IMG/VR virus record: IMGVR_UViG_3300036820_000018
Coordinates: 672-64,671 of that record
Source of the DNA: a virus
Taxonomy: Duplodnaviria; Caudoviricetes
DNA: 64,000 nucleotides
Strand: one strand, 5' to 3'
This document shows, piece by piece, positions 37,616 through 47,441 of this stretch. A program made the position numbers and the translations under genes. Under the pieces are notes generated by a model. The model was not told the DNA's origin. It saw nothing but the letters and a program-made list of their open reading frames with translations, and did no database searches. How positions within the stretch are numbered: the stretch's first letter is position 1; each line of letters opens with the position of its first letter.

Positions 37616-39229
37616 CTAGCTGATGCCAGAGCTTGCTTTCACCGCAGCGATGGCCTGTGGGTAAGGCATCCCTCGCGCGTGAAGCCGCTCGACAACCTTT
37701 GCGTGCTCGGTTGACCGGTTCATGACGGCCTTCTGGAGCTCGTAAGGGTCATTGCCCTTCTCAGCCTCAGTGACCTTGTCGTCGAGAGCCTTGAATACCG
37801 AAGTTTCACTTGATGCTGCTGCACGCAGGGCGGCCACTCCACCCATTGCGTTGATGCCGGCCTGGTTGAGCACGGGGAGGGCTTGGGGCTGGCTGGCCAT
37901 TTTCTGGAGCAGCTCGTTGCCTTCCAGCACCGACTTCGCCAATGCTTCAAAAGCGCCAGGTGCCGCCTTCGCTGCCTGCTTGGCAGCCTTTGCAACACGC
38001 TTCGCTTCGAGCTTCGCGGCGAACACGGGGTCAGTCTTCGCCTTCTCGGCCATCGCCTCTTCATCCTTGGCGTTGGCCTTTTCCTTCATCTTCATCTTCT
38101 TCTTCTCTGCTTTGGCTTCGGCGGCCTTGCGCTCTGCCTTCTGGGCCCGACGAGCTTCGTCGCGCTCGTCCAGAGCCTTGAAAAGCTCGTCAACCTGCAT
38201 GTCCTCTATCTCCTTGGTAGTTACGGATTGAGGAGGCAGGCCCAGAATGCGCCTTGCCTCGGGAACTGATATCGCCTGGCTTTTAACGAGCAGGGCAACA
38301 GCCTCTGCTTTCGCCTGGCTTTCCTTAGAAGCAGAAGGGGACTTCTCCTCTGCCTTTTCACGCTGAGCCAGTTCGTCGATTAACTCACCGGCTTCATCTG
38401 CGAGATTTGCGTCGTGCTTCTCCCATTCGGCATCGCCGGGGGACTTGCGAGCGTTGTGCTCGGTCTGTGTCTTGGCCTCTGATTCGGCCTTCGCGTCGTC
38501 CGCGTCACCGTCAGGAGCCGGGTCACCTCGACCGTCGCCTTCTTTGAAGGACTTACGGGAGTTCGCTCGAGTTTGAGACTTCGCCTCGTTGAGAGGGAGT
38601 GTCTTGTTCGGAGCAGTCGATCCGTGTCCTTCACCGTCTGCTGTGGGAGCGGGGTGGCCCTCGAAGGCGACGTGCATGGTTCCGAAGCCCTCGCGGGTCA
38701 CGTCCATGTGCACAGCGCCCATGTGCGGGTGGTTCTCTCGGGTCTGCTCGTCTGAGGGGCGCGAGACCCCACCGTCTTGGTGGGATTCCTGGGATGCCCC
38801 TTCCTTCTTAGCGTCTCCCTCCCCGATGTCGGGGTAGCGACGGTGGACAGCGGCCTTGATCTTTGACTGCTGTTCAGGAGAGGCGTTGTGCAGCATTGAC
38901 AGAGCAGCGCGAGCGTGGTTCTCGTCGTGGATCGGATACTCGCGAGAGTCGGGCAGAGCAAAAGCTGACTTAGGGAGGGCGTTGCGGGCCTTGGCCTTGA
39001 GCTTCGCCTTCTCGACAAGAGTATCGAAGTCGCTGAACTGCTCTTTGCAGGCGAGGCATTTGGACTCTCCGCAGAAGCCATCGAAGCGAGCTTTCTTCAA
39101 CTCGTCCTTGCCGACCTCATCGACTGTGGCCGCAGCTTTGGCAAGCAACCCCGGAAACCCGCTCGCGCCTTCCTTGACCAGGTGAAACTCGTCTGGATCG
39201 AGATCTGTGAACTCGGTCATGATGGTCAT
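37616..39229 (-). CDS. capsid scaffold-like protein with a DUF6582-like module
   Basis: K/A/E-rich coiled coil; RNALPKSAFALPDSREYPIHDENHARAAL. Confidence 0.7.
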   Translation of the reverse strand: MTIMTEFTDLDPDEFHLVKEGASGFPGLLAKAAATVDEVGKDELKKARFDGFCGESKCLACKEQFSDFDTLVEKAKLKAKARNALPKSAFALPDSREYPIHDENHARAALSMLHNASPEQQSKIKAAVHRRYPDIGEGDAKKEGASQESHQDGGVSRPSDEQTRENHPHMGAVHMDVTREGFGTMHVAFEGHPAPTADGEGHGSTAPNKTLPLNEAKSQTRANSRKSFKEGDGRGDPAPDGDADDAKAESEAKTQTEHNARKSPGDAEWEKHDANLADEAGELIDELAQREKAEEKSPSASKESQAKAEAVALLVKSQAISVPEARRILGLPPQSVTTKEIEDMQVDELFKALDERDEARRAQKAERKAAEAKAEKKKMKMKEKANAKDEEAMAEKAKTDPVFAAKLEAKRVAKAAKQAAKAAPGAFEALAKSVLEGNELLQKMASQPQALPVLNQAGINAMGGVAALRAAASSETSVFKALDDKVTEAEKGNDPYELQKAVMNRSTEHAKVVERLHARGMPYPQAIAAVKASSGIS

Positions 39230-39687
39230 GCGACGCTCCTTGTAACTCGGGCGAGGGATTCAGGGCTGGCTTCGTCGACGAGGCAGGCTCCCTGGATCGA
39301 ACCTGACCCCCAGACACCGACTTCGACCTCTTCCCAGGTCTTCTGGGTGCAGATGACCCCGATGAGCCAATCGCCCTCTTCGATCTTCTGTTCTGATCCG
39401 TCGATCGCTTTCATCACCCAAGGGACTGAGTTGCGGTAGACGTAGTTCTCGACAACCTTGAAGGCGTCTTCACCACCAGGCTTGTGGCCGGTGCCGCCCT
39501 TGAATCCGTTGGCCGCAAAGCGCCAGCAGGCTTTCTCGACTACTCGGGGGGACGCGAGGTCAATCCGACCGTCAGCACCCTTACGAGGCATCTTGTTGGG
39601 GCTGTAGCCGACCATCAGCAAGAACCGGTCAGGCGATCCCTCAGGCGCGAAGACTTTCTTCAGGTTCAGCTTGTTCTTCTTCGACAC
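39226..39687 (-). CDS. XkdF-like prohead protease
   Basis: VGYSP...D...VEKACWRF...H...VVENY...GDWLIGV...W...GSIQG. Confidence 0.75.
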   Translation of the reverse strand: MSKKNKLNLKKVFAPEGSPDRFLLMVGYSPNKMPRKGADGRIDLASPRVVEKACWRFAANGFKGGTGHKPGGEDAFKVVENYVYRNSVPWVMKAIDGSEQKIEEGDWLIGVICTQKTWEEVEVGVWGSGSIQGACLVDEASPESLARVTRSVA

Positions 39688-39844
39688 GGGCTACGTCCTT
39701 GATCCGTTCCATCTCGACGATGGAGGCGAAGCGTTGGGCCTTGACCGGGTCAAAGCGCTTGCGTCGCGCCTTTGAGCCTCGGTAACCCATCGCTCTCTGT
39801 GCCTGACGCCTCTGGTGGCGCTTTAAGTGGAACTGTTCGGTCAT
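39641..39844 (-). CDS. small basic hypothetical protein
   Basis: ATGA-coupled ORF. Confidence 0.45.
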   Translation of the reverse strand: MTEQFHLKRHQRRQAQRAMGYRGSKARRKRFDPVKAQRFASIVEMERIKDVARVEEEQAEPEESLRA

Positions 39845-40206
39845 CGACCTTCGATTGAGATTGAACAGGTCACCGAGGTGCCTGTCAGGGTCCACCTAAG
39901 GCGTGCCTGGGCGGTGAAGACGGCGTTGGAGCCAGGGGGGATGCCGGTGCCCGAGGACTGAGCGCACCCTGGTCCCAAGAACACTGAGCTCGTCCCAGGG
40001 GCCGAGAGGGCAGCAGCGCTCTCGTAGCACGGGTACCAGGCTTCGTCATAGCCGAGGCGCTCAAAGAAGAACGTGATCGCGCCTGAGCCAGACACCGCGG
40101 TGACCGTGACGTCGAGGGCGACCGTGGTGATCGCATTCGTCGCGAAGTTCGGGGTGACTCCTGGCGTAGTGATCGCGGTGGCCCTCTGGCTGTAGAGAGA
40201 GGCCAT
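39841..40206 (-). CDS. small beta-sandwich structural-like protein
   Basis: LDVTVTAVSG...ARLRWTLTG...SIS. Confidence 0.6.
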   Translation of the reverse strand: MASLYSQRATAITTPGVTPNFATNAITTVALDVTVTAVSGSGAITFFFERLGYDEAWYPCYESAAALSAPGTSSVFLGPGCAQSSGTGIPPGSNAVFTAQARLRWTLTGTSVTCSISIEGR

Positions 40207-40667
40207 TAGAAGTTGAAGTAAGGGATTTTGCAGAGCGCCCCGTTGATCACCGTGAGGATGTAGCCCACAGGTGCTCCCGGGAGGCCTCCTGCGTCGCTCC
40301 AGGTCCAGGCCGGTGAGCCCGTGTAGGTGATCGCGATGGTGGCACCGGCAGGGAGGAAATAGAGGCCGTCAGCGGTTCCAGCGGAGACTCCGTTGATCGA
40401 GACCCCGGTCACGGTGCCACCTGTCAGGTTCACCAGGACTCCGGTGGAGTTGGTGTTCGTGACAGGAGTGGTCGTTGTCGGGAAGCTCGGAGTCGTGACG
40501 GTTGGGTTGGTGCCCGCTGTCGCCGAGGTGTAAGTCGAGGCCCCGGTGAACCCGGTGAAGGCCGCGTATGCGGTTACGGCCTTCGTGGGCGTCTTCGCGA
40601 TGAAGTTAGAGGCCTCGTTCTCTTTGGCCGTCAGGTTCTTCAGGTATGGAGCAGGGGTAGAAGCCAT
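40206..40667 (-). CDS. Thr-rich structural-like protein
   Basis: VTNT...GGTVTGVSING...LPAGATIAITY. Confidence 0.6.
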   Translation of the reverse strand: MASTPAPYLKNLTAKENEASNFIAKTPTKAVTAYAAFTGFTGASTYTSATAGTNPTVTTPSFPTTTTPVTNTNSTGVLVNLTGGTVTGVSINGVSAGTADGLYFLPAGATIAITYTGSPAWTWSDAGGLPGAPVGYILTVINGALCKIPYFNF

Positions 40668-40679
40668 GAAGGCGTCCTT

Positions 40680-41033
40680 TCAGTCTGGTGAAATCGTCTT
40701 CCAGGGGACCAAAACGGTCGTCGGAGAGTCGTGCATAATCTGAGCGGTGCCTGCGGAGTTGTCTATCAAGACGGCGACATTGTGCTTTGCGCAATAAGCG
40801 GCTTTTGCCTTTCCCGGAGGATTGACAAAGACCTTCAACTTGTCGTAATGACCTTTCATCCCTAAGCCAGCGAGCTTTTCTTTCTTCATTTTCTTTTCGG
40901 CTTTGGTGACCGGTAAAACGTGGCTCCCGCTTAGCACCGTGACTTTGTGCCCGTGCTTATGAAGCTTTCTCATGAGCTCCCGGATGGCCGGGCTGGAATC
41001 GAGCGTGCCATCCAAATCGCACGCAATCTTCAT
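40680..41033 (-). CDS. cap-less HAD family phosphatase
   Basis: IACDLDGTL, VLSG, K, LIDN; visibly lower GC than neighbours. Confidence 0.75.
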   Translation of the reverse strand: MKIACDLDGTLDSSPAIRELMRKLHKHGHKVTVLSGSHVLPVTKAEKKMKKEKLAGLGMKGHYDKLKVFVNPPGKAKAAYCAKHNVAVLIDNSAGTAQIMHDSPTTVLVPWKTISPD

Positions 41034-41374
41034 GGAGTTAGCTCGCCATTAGTGATCCAACCGTGCCAATGTGACCCGTCTCGGTAGGACTGGCCATTCT
41101 CATCGACACGCCAGCACTCCACGTCGATCGAGGGGATGACCGTCAGGTTCGGAGCAGTGCCTGAGACGTCCCACATGCCGTGTGGAGGGGCTGCAGCAGC
41201 GTCAGTTGTTCGCCACGAGATCCGACTGGGAAGACCGGGCTCAATGGGCTTCGTGTTCGGCAGGACGATCCACCAACACTCTCGACCGTCTTTGTCACCG
41301 GACTCGTAGCGCCACATCATCCCCGGCTCTTCGTCCTCAGGAAAAGGTTTGTCGACAATGCGAAGTGCAGTCAT
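41030..41374 (-). CDS. DUF6527-like protein
   Basis: WDVSG...LTVIPSI...HWHGWITNG. Confidence 0.55.
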   Translation of the reverse strand: MTALRIVDKPFPEDEEPGMMWRYESGDKDGRECWWIVLPNTKPIEPGLPSRISWRTTDAAAAPPHGMWDVSGTAPNLTVIPSIDVECWRVDENGQSYRDGSHWHGWITNGELTP

Positions 41375-42072
41375 CGCTGGCTCCTGGCCGGCGCGACTGA
41401 GCATCGGCACCGAGGGTGGATCGGAGGCATCGCTGAAGCGTCCGAGATCGGGTGTGGGTTGGCGTCTTTGATGTCCACGCACACAGGACAGGCTCCGACG
41501 TGGTTGAGCAGATCGAACATCGCGATACCTGCACGCTTAAACAGGTCGACCGAGGCCGTGGTCATGGCCCTGTTGACCTCTGTCCTCGATATCAGGGCCG
41601 CTCTGTCAGGGTCATTGATCAGTAGACCGATCTGTTCAGCCAACTCGGTGACGTCTGCGTCGGTCCAAGGGACGTGAGCGACCCGTCCGGCGACGAAGGC
41701 CTCGACCAGAGAGACGATGAGGTCCCTTGTGTGGTCAGAGATGCCCTTTATCAGGCCTCCGAGTTGCTGAGAGACGTTCTCGAGGCCCGGAACAGTCCCA
41801 TGTACCCGTCCGGGTGCCCACGCGGACCAGTCAACGGCGTTCACGGCGCCTTCGAGGGCGTCCCCAGTGGCCTTCTGAACGCTTACACCGTGTCCAGAGG
41901 CATCTTTGGCTCCCGCAAGCCATGAATCGGCCCACAGACGCTCTAGGGCGGTCCTGAGAGGCCCTGTGTCGAGCGGTATCGAGGCTATGAGGCTCTCGAT
42001 GACCCCTCCGGGGGTTCCGACTGGGCCTGTGATCCCTTCGACGCGTTGAGCGATCTGTCTCGGGCGCACCAA
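41371..42072 (-). CDS. MuF-like minor head protein
   Basis: RAALISRTEVNRA...CPVC...PPIHPRCRC. Confidence 0.85.
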   Translation of the reverse strand: MVRPRQIAQRVEGITGPVGTPGGVIESLIASIPLDTGPLRTALERLWADSWLAGAKDASGHGVSVQKATGDALEGAVNAVDWSAWAPGRVHGTVPGLENVSQQLGGLIKGISDHTRDLIVSLVEAFVAGRVAHVPWTDADVTELAEQIGLLINDPDRAALISRTEVNRAMTTASVDLFKRAGIAMFDLLNHVGACPVCVDIKDANPHPISDASAMPPIHPRCRCSVAPARSQR

Positions 42073-42149
42073 ACGGCGGATTCCCTTAGCGATCTTGGGC
42101 GTGTGGAAGGAAACGAGGTCTTCCTCTCGATGTCCGCCCGGCCCGGGCC

Positions 42150-45100
42150 TCAGGACACTTTTGGGCGGTTCACCTCGGCTTTGACGATCATCACCGTGTC
42201 GCCGGGTTCTAGGGGCTCAGGGAGGATCAGACGGCCTGAGTAGTCGATCGTGGCCTTCTGAGCTTGCTCCAGGATTGGCTCTAGGACCTCGAGGCCTTCA
42301 CGGACCTTGTCGCGGATGACCTTGTCGTCGAGATCGTCGGTGTCCCACCAAGAGACTGCCGCGATCTCGTCTCCGTCAGGCTCCCCGAGGGAGACATCGT
42401 CCTCAGAGTCCGTCGAGTAGACGAAACCCTGGAAGATCCCGTCGTCTGAGCGCCAGGTGCCAACCATCTTCGCGTCGGTGGGCATCTTGCAGCCCGTCTC
42501 TTCGGACCATTCACGCACAGCTGCGTCGTGAGCCGACTCGCCATCGTCTAAGTGGCCAGCTGGTGTCTCCCAAGAGGCTCCATTACCGTCATCGTCTTTG
42601 TTGCCGCGACGGACGAGCAGAACCTTGCCTGAGTCTCGAGCGACGAGAGCAACTCCAGCGACTTCGGGACCCTTGGAGTCGTGAGCCTTAGCGGCCCCGC
42701 CGAAGGCGAAGACCCGGCACTCGTCTCCGCGGTGGACCGAGAGATGGGTGAAGGTGACAGGCGTGGGCGGGATCGGAGCCGGGAGATCTTCGTTGGAGTC
42801 CATGTACGCGAGCGTCATATGCGGATGAAAGTCGCTGTGCTGGCTCCCGTTGAACTGCTCGAGAGGTCCGCGAAGGGCTTCGATGCCCGGGATCTCGGGC
42901 TTAGCCCAAACCGGAATTAGCCAGTCACTCGACTCAGAAGCAGGGAAGGTACCCCGGCCACCGATAGTGCCTGACATTGGTCCACGCTGGGCGCTCGCGA
43001 CTCTGGCAGCTACCGCACAGATCTTCTCGAAGGTGGCGTCATCAGCGATCTTGCCGCAGTAGACGATCGTGATGTGCTGGTCGGGGACCCCATTCTCCAT
43101 CACCGGGATCAAGCCAGGGGGAACGTCGAGGGAGACCATCGTTGAGACCGGAGAATGCACCCCAGCCGTTGCCTTAGCGAAGGCCGCGTCAACCTCTTCG
43201 CGGGTTGTGGCCTTAGACAGCTCTGTCCAGACCGCGTCATAGACCCGTGTGGAAATCGCTGAGTTGTCGAAGTGACGCGGGAGGTCGTTCTTGGCGACGC
43301 GCTTTTGTGAGGCACGCTTCCAGCGCTTTAGGTCGAGCTTCTCTTCGATCTCGTCTTCAGGATCGTCGGGGTCCTCTGCGTAGTGAGCGCCCGCGATACC
43401 TGTCGCGATCCCGATCCCAGCGGTTGCCTCTTTAAGAGTCCTTCTCGACGCCGTTCCCTGATCTACGCGTCCGGGGGCTGCGGACCCGCGCGGTCTGGCG
43501 GGATTGGACCCGTTGGACGCGGCGGGCTTCTTTGCGCCCACTAGCGGTGCGGTCGGTGCTGGAGTTAGTGGGCCGGGGCCGAGTGGCCCCCCCACTTTTG
43601 GGCGTGCCGGGACCTTTCGCCCAGCGGCCGTGTCGTGCTGCCTCGCCTGGCTGTAGGCAGGAGGACCTGGAGCATCGGGATCTGGGCCCGGGGTGCCGGG
43701 AAGGACGAGCTCGATCGGCCGAACGGTCCCTGGACGTGGGGCTCCGGTCAAGGGGTCCACGTCTCCCGCGACACCGAGCAGGTAAGAGATCGGGATCGGG
43801 CCGAGGCGGTTCGAGTCGAAGAACCTCGGCACCTTCTCCTCGGGATTGATCGGGTAACCCAGGACCTTGTCTCTGACTTCGTCAGGAGACTCTGCGCCGA
43901 TCGAGACGTAGATCTGGTGAGACTGCGCCTCCATGAGGCGGTCTTCCTTCTCGCGACCGGTGTCGAAGCGGAGCTGCACCGGGAGACCGAGGTCCTCCTG
44001 GGTGATCGCGTCCATGATGTCTTCGTAGTAGCCGACGTGGGGAAGTGAGTTGATCCTGAACTGCGTGTCCATCTGGGTGTCAGAGGTGCTGCGGTTCACG
44101 TCGTCGGTGAAGCCGAGGTCCTGGGGCATCATCATGAATGCACCTGTAGTCCGGCGCATCACGTACTCAGCGATGTCAGGGTCGAACTGCTGCGGCTTGT
44201 AAAACTCGATCTCGGTGCCGTGAGGCAGCCATCTGAGCCCCCAGCGCTCTGACTGGTCCCCGTAGGTCCAGTCGTTGTAGTCCTCTTGCCATTCAGCAAG
44301 AGAGTCAGGGTCTGACTGGTCCTCGGGAGCCATCGCGAAGGCCTCAGGGACGTTGCCCGTGGTGAAGAACTGCAAGAAGTAGGTCTGGAGGCGCAGGTCG
44401 GTGTTCGCGTTGACCAGGACCGTCTCGATCGGTGCGATGCCATAGGGGTCCTCTGTATGAGGCCACATGGGCTCGTAGATCAGGTCCTCAGATCTCAGCC
44501 AGTCCCAGGGGATTCCTTGGATGAACTGCTGGAAGGCCGGAGCCTCGCCGATCGGCTCTGCACCGAAGTAGTCAAGCATCGGGGCGAAGAGCGTCCCGTC
44601 GGCTACAGGCAGGCTGATCAGGCGACCTGCGCGATCACGCTGACGGTAAAGGGTCCCGCAATCGAAGCGCCAGACGTCGGTCGCGTGCTTGCAGAGCCAG
44701 TTACGAAGCGTGTTGCCCGAGCCCGCGATCACCTTGCCCGACTCAGGGTCGAGCCTCTTGTCGGGGCGACGCCAGAACTCTTTAGCGGCCGCGATCTCTT
44801 TGACGCAGTTCTCCTCGTACCCGTCCATGACCTCGAAGCGCACTCGCATCGAGCGGAGGTCTTGGATCGCGTGGCGGTAGCAGATGGTCGCCACGTCGTA
44901 GGAGGTGATCAGGTGCCGGATCGTCTCGAAAGGCATCCGGCCAGGGCGCGTCTGGGTCGAGATGTTGCGCCCGGTGTCGTAGTCGCGCTCTCTCGGCCTG
45001 CGATTGTAACCGAAGTACGGGGTCAGTGGCCTGCCTGGGGCAAATGGCGAGACCCAGTCAATGCCCTGCTCGTGCAGAGCGTTTTCGATCTCGATCGGGG

Positions 45101-45386
45101 TGATCGTGGACCCCGAGGGATTGATCGAGTTAGCTGTCTGGCGAGCGAGCACCTGGGCAGAGACGGGCTTTGAGCGAGCAAGGTGAGCCGTGGTTCCTGA
45201 CTGTGCGCCCTGGACGTTCCAGACCGAGTTGTTGCGCAGGGCCTTCGCGACGAGATCGACCTCGCGACGTTCTCTCGGACGCAGGTCCATAAGGGCCAGG
45301 TCGTTTTTCGCGACCTTGATGGCCTTGGCCACGGTCTCAGAGTTGTCCCGTGGGGCGCGCAGACGCTCAGTCAACCTCAGAGCCAT
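42150..45386 (-). CDS. portal protein fused to 2H-phosphoesterase and Nudix hydrolase domains
   Basis: Portal core (PYGIAPIE, FFTTGNVP, PQDLGFTDDVNRST) after terminase; HITI and HMTL; Nudix box GHLDDGESAHDAAVREWSEETG. Confidence 0.88.
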   Translation of the reverse strand: MALRLTERLRAPRDNSETVAKAIKVAKNDLALMDLRPRERREVDLVAKALRNNSVWNVQGAQSGTTAHLARSKPVSAQVLARQTANSINPSGSTITPIEIENALHEQGIDWVSPFAPGRPLTPYFGYNRRPRERDYDTGRNISTQTRPGRMPFETIRHLITSYDVATICYRHAIQDLRSMRVRFEVMDGYEENCVKEIAAAKEFWRRPDKRLDPESGKVIAGSGNTLRNWLCKHATDVWRFDCGTLYRQRDRAGRLISLPVADGTLFAPMLDYFGAEPIGEAPAFQQFIQGIPWDWLRSEDLIYEPMWPHTEDPYGIAPIETVLVNANTDLRLQTYFLQFFTTGNVPEAFAMAPEDQSDPDSLAEWQEDYNDWTYGDQSERWGLRWLPHGTEIEFYKPQQFDPDIAEYVMRRTTGAFMMMPQDLGFTDDVNRSTSDTQMDTQFRINSLPHVGYYEDIMDAITQEDLGLPVQLRFDTGREKEDRLMEAQSHQIYVSIGAESPDEVRDKVLGYPINPEEKVPRFFDSNRLGPIPISYLLGVAGDVDPLTGAPRPGTVRPIELVLPGTPGPDPDAPGPPAYSQARQHDTAAGRKVPARPKVGGPLGPGPLTPAPTAPLVGAKKPAASNGSNPARPRGSAAPGRVDQGTASRRTLKEATAGIGIATGIAGAHYAEDPDDPEDEIEEKLDLKRWKRASQKRVAKNDLPRHFDNSAISTRVYDAVWTELSKATTREEVDAAFAKATAGVHSPVSTMVSLDVPPGLIPVMENGVPDQHITIVYCGKIADDATFEKICAVAARVASAQRGPMSGTIGGRGTFPASESSDWLIPVWAKPEIPGIEALRGPLEQFNGSQHSDFHPHMTLAYMDSNEDLPAPIPPTPVTFTHLSVHRGDECRVFAFGGAAKAHDSKGPEVAGVALVARDSGKVLLVRRGNKDDDGNGASWETPAGHLDDGESAHDAAVREWSEETGCKMPTDAKMVGTWRSDDGIFQGFVYSTDSEDDVSLGEPDGDEIAAVSWWDTDDLDDKVIRDKVREGLEVLEPILEQAQKATIDYSGRLILPEPLEPGDTVMIVKAEVNRPKVS

Positions 45387-46960
45387 TAGCCCACCTTTAC
45401 GGGAGGTGCGACCTCCTCGGGACTTGCTTGACACCACACGCAGTAGGTGCGATCGGGATTCCAGCGGTGGTCACAGATCATCCGAGCACGCTTGCGCTCT
45501 GAACGAACGCCTTGGCGACGACGGGCCATCCGGCGCTCCATGCGAGCCTTGTCATCGAGGATCGCCTCCTCACCTCGATGCTCTAAGCGCTGGGCTGCGT
45601 CACGTTCCATGAACTCTCTGAAGTTCGCCCCGACTCCACCTTCGGAGGTGATGAGGAGGTAGCATCCCATCCCGATGGTGACCGCTTGGTCGTCGTGACC
45701 ACCTCTTGTGTGATCGAGGCGTGTGACACCTGGGGAGGACTCTTTGAGCTTTAGGGCGAGAAGCTCTTCTTTCAACTCTCGAGTGTTCGGGATGAAGATT
45801 TGGCGGTTCCTGAAGGTGCTCGTGAGAGCGCTCGCGACCTCACCGACTGAGGAGGCCGTGAACTTGAACTCTTTGGCCCGCACGCCTCTGCGGTTGAGAC
45901 GCTGCACCCCGTCAACGAACTGCTGAGGGTCGGCGTGAGCGTGTGCCCGGTTGTACCGAAAGGATGCCTCGACGATCCAGTCAACCACCCTGTCGATCTG
46001 AACGGGCTTCTTCTTCGATCCCCTCCAGCGCTCGACGTGGTCGACGACGACGCGCTTGGGACCTCTCGGGGCCTTGGGGTCGTAGGGCTCCTTGTGCATG
46101 ATCGTCATGACCGTGGCGTCGTTCACCACACCGATGTCAACGAGGATTATGTACTTAACGCCCTTTTGCGGATCGAGGGTCGTATACGGCTGAGCGGCTG
46201 CTTCCCAGTCCTCTTCGCGGATAGCTGCGTCTTCGTCCTCTGACCAGAGGTTGAGGACCAGGCGGTCGTATTCAGAGGGACGAAGCTGGAAGCGCAATGA
46301 AGCGAGCTCGTCGGGACTCAGCCAAGGGACCGGGCCGGGGACTTCGTGGACTCGCCACATCTTGTCCACCGAGCACTTGTCGATGACCTCTTTGGACCAG
46401 TGAGAAGGCTCGCCGGCCGAGCTCATCACCACGAGCTTGCAGTTAGGGACCTTCGGAGCAGCTGATTGGAGGGCCGACCATACGCGTCGCGCTCCACGAG
46501 TGTCTGGCCACTGACAGAACTCGTCAGCTACTAAGAAGTGAGCGTCGCGCAGGCCCCAGGACCCTGAGTCTGACTGGGCCAGGACGCGGATCCATGCGCC
46601 GTTCGGAGCAACGATGCGCTGGCTCTCGACGATGATCGCACCTTCGAGCTCTTCGGTACGGGCTACAAAGCCCGCTGCGGCGTCGATGATGATCGCGGCC
46701 TGATTAGTCGAGGCAGCGACGATGTGACCGTTAGCGAGGGGCCTGGCGTCTGTCATGAGCCAGGAGAGGCCGAGACCAGCGATGTCCGTCGATTTTGAGG
46801 CACCTCTTGCTCGGGTGAGGAAGTGCCACGTCGCTGCGGGGCGCTCGTTTAAGAGGATGGCTTCGGCGTCGGTCTTCTGGAAGGACCTCGCTACCTCACC
46901 CCAGCGGTCTCCGGTTTCGACCCGGAGCCCATACATGAGGTCTAGGGCGCCCTCACTCAC
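45386..46960 (-). CDS. terL: terminase large subunit
   Basis: RARGASKS Walker A, LVADE Walker B, SSAG, VDIG...D, HDDQ. Confidence 0.9.
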   Translation of the reverse strand: MSEGALDLMYGLRVETGDRWGEVARSFQKTDAEAILLNERPAATWHFLTRARGASKSTDIAGLGLSWLMTDARPLANGHIVAASTNQAAIIIDAAAGFVARTEELEGAIIVESQRIVAPNGAWIRVLAQSDSGSWGLRDAHFLVADEFCQWPDTRGARRVWSALQSAAPKVPNCKLVVMSSAGEPSHWSKEVIDKCSVDKMWRVHEVPGPVPWLSPDELASLRFQLRPSEYDRLVLNLWSEDEDAAIREEDWEAAAQPYTTLDPQKGVKYIILVDIGVVNDATVMTIMHKEPYDPKAPRGPKRVVVDHVERWRGSKKKPVQIDRVVDWIVEASFRYNRAHAHADPQQFVDGVQRLNRRGVRAKEFKFTASSVGEVASALTSTFRNRQIFIPNTRELKEELLALKLKESSPGVTRLDHTRGGHDDQAVTIGMGCYLLITSEGGVGANFREFMERDAAQRLEHRGEEAILDDKARMERRMARRRQGVRSERKRARMICDHRWNPDRTYCVWCQASPEEVAPPVKVG

Positions 46961-47397
46961 GAAGAAGAGGCGCGCAACGCTCGCCCGTTTGCCCTCAGAC
47001 GGTCTATCTGGTTGATCGAGGAGGCGCTGAAGGCCATCGACATCGACTGGTCCTTCATCAGAGCAGCGCGACCAGAGGGGGAGAGGCCGAGGCGGTCAAC
47101 ACACTTCATGGCGTTTGTCTCAGCCTGGGTGGCTGCCTGCCAGACGTAGGGCTTGACCTTGGCGGGTCCGTACTTCTCAGCGGTGGCCATCGCCCAGTTG
47201 TGAAGCATCCGGGCTCGTGCTTCTGCGCGACAGAACTGCATCACGGCGGCTTCGTCGGAGTCGAGGAGCCAGGGGTACTTGCCGATCAGCTCGTCTAGTA
47301 CCTCTTGAGCGTGGAGACCGACGAGGACTTCGTTGTTCGCCCCGTGTCCTGTGTTGGTCCGACTGATGGCTACGACGACTTCGGCTTGGTCTGGCAC
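46957..47397 (-). CDS. terS: terminase small subunit
   Basis: Directly upstream of terL; RLGLSPSGRAAL (P27-like); start uncertain. Confidence 0.7.
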   Translation of the reverse strand: MPDQAEVVVAISRTNTGHGANNEVLVGLHAQEVLDELIGKYPWLLDSDEAAVMQFCRAEARARMLHNWAMATAEKYGPAKVKPYVWQAATQAETNAMKCVDRLGLSPSGRAALMKDQSMSMAFSASSINQIDRLRANGRALRASSS

Positions 47398-47441
47398 TTG
47401 ACACCCCCTGGGGGCCGATCTAATACTTTCATCAATACCCA

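Noticed and set aside
16967-45173. Long plus-strand ORFs opposite structural genes (e.g. 16967-17734, 27781-28332, 44457-45173)
   Set aside because: Antisense shadow frames typical of high-GC coding DNA, with no motifs
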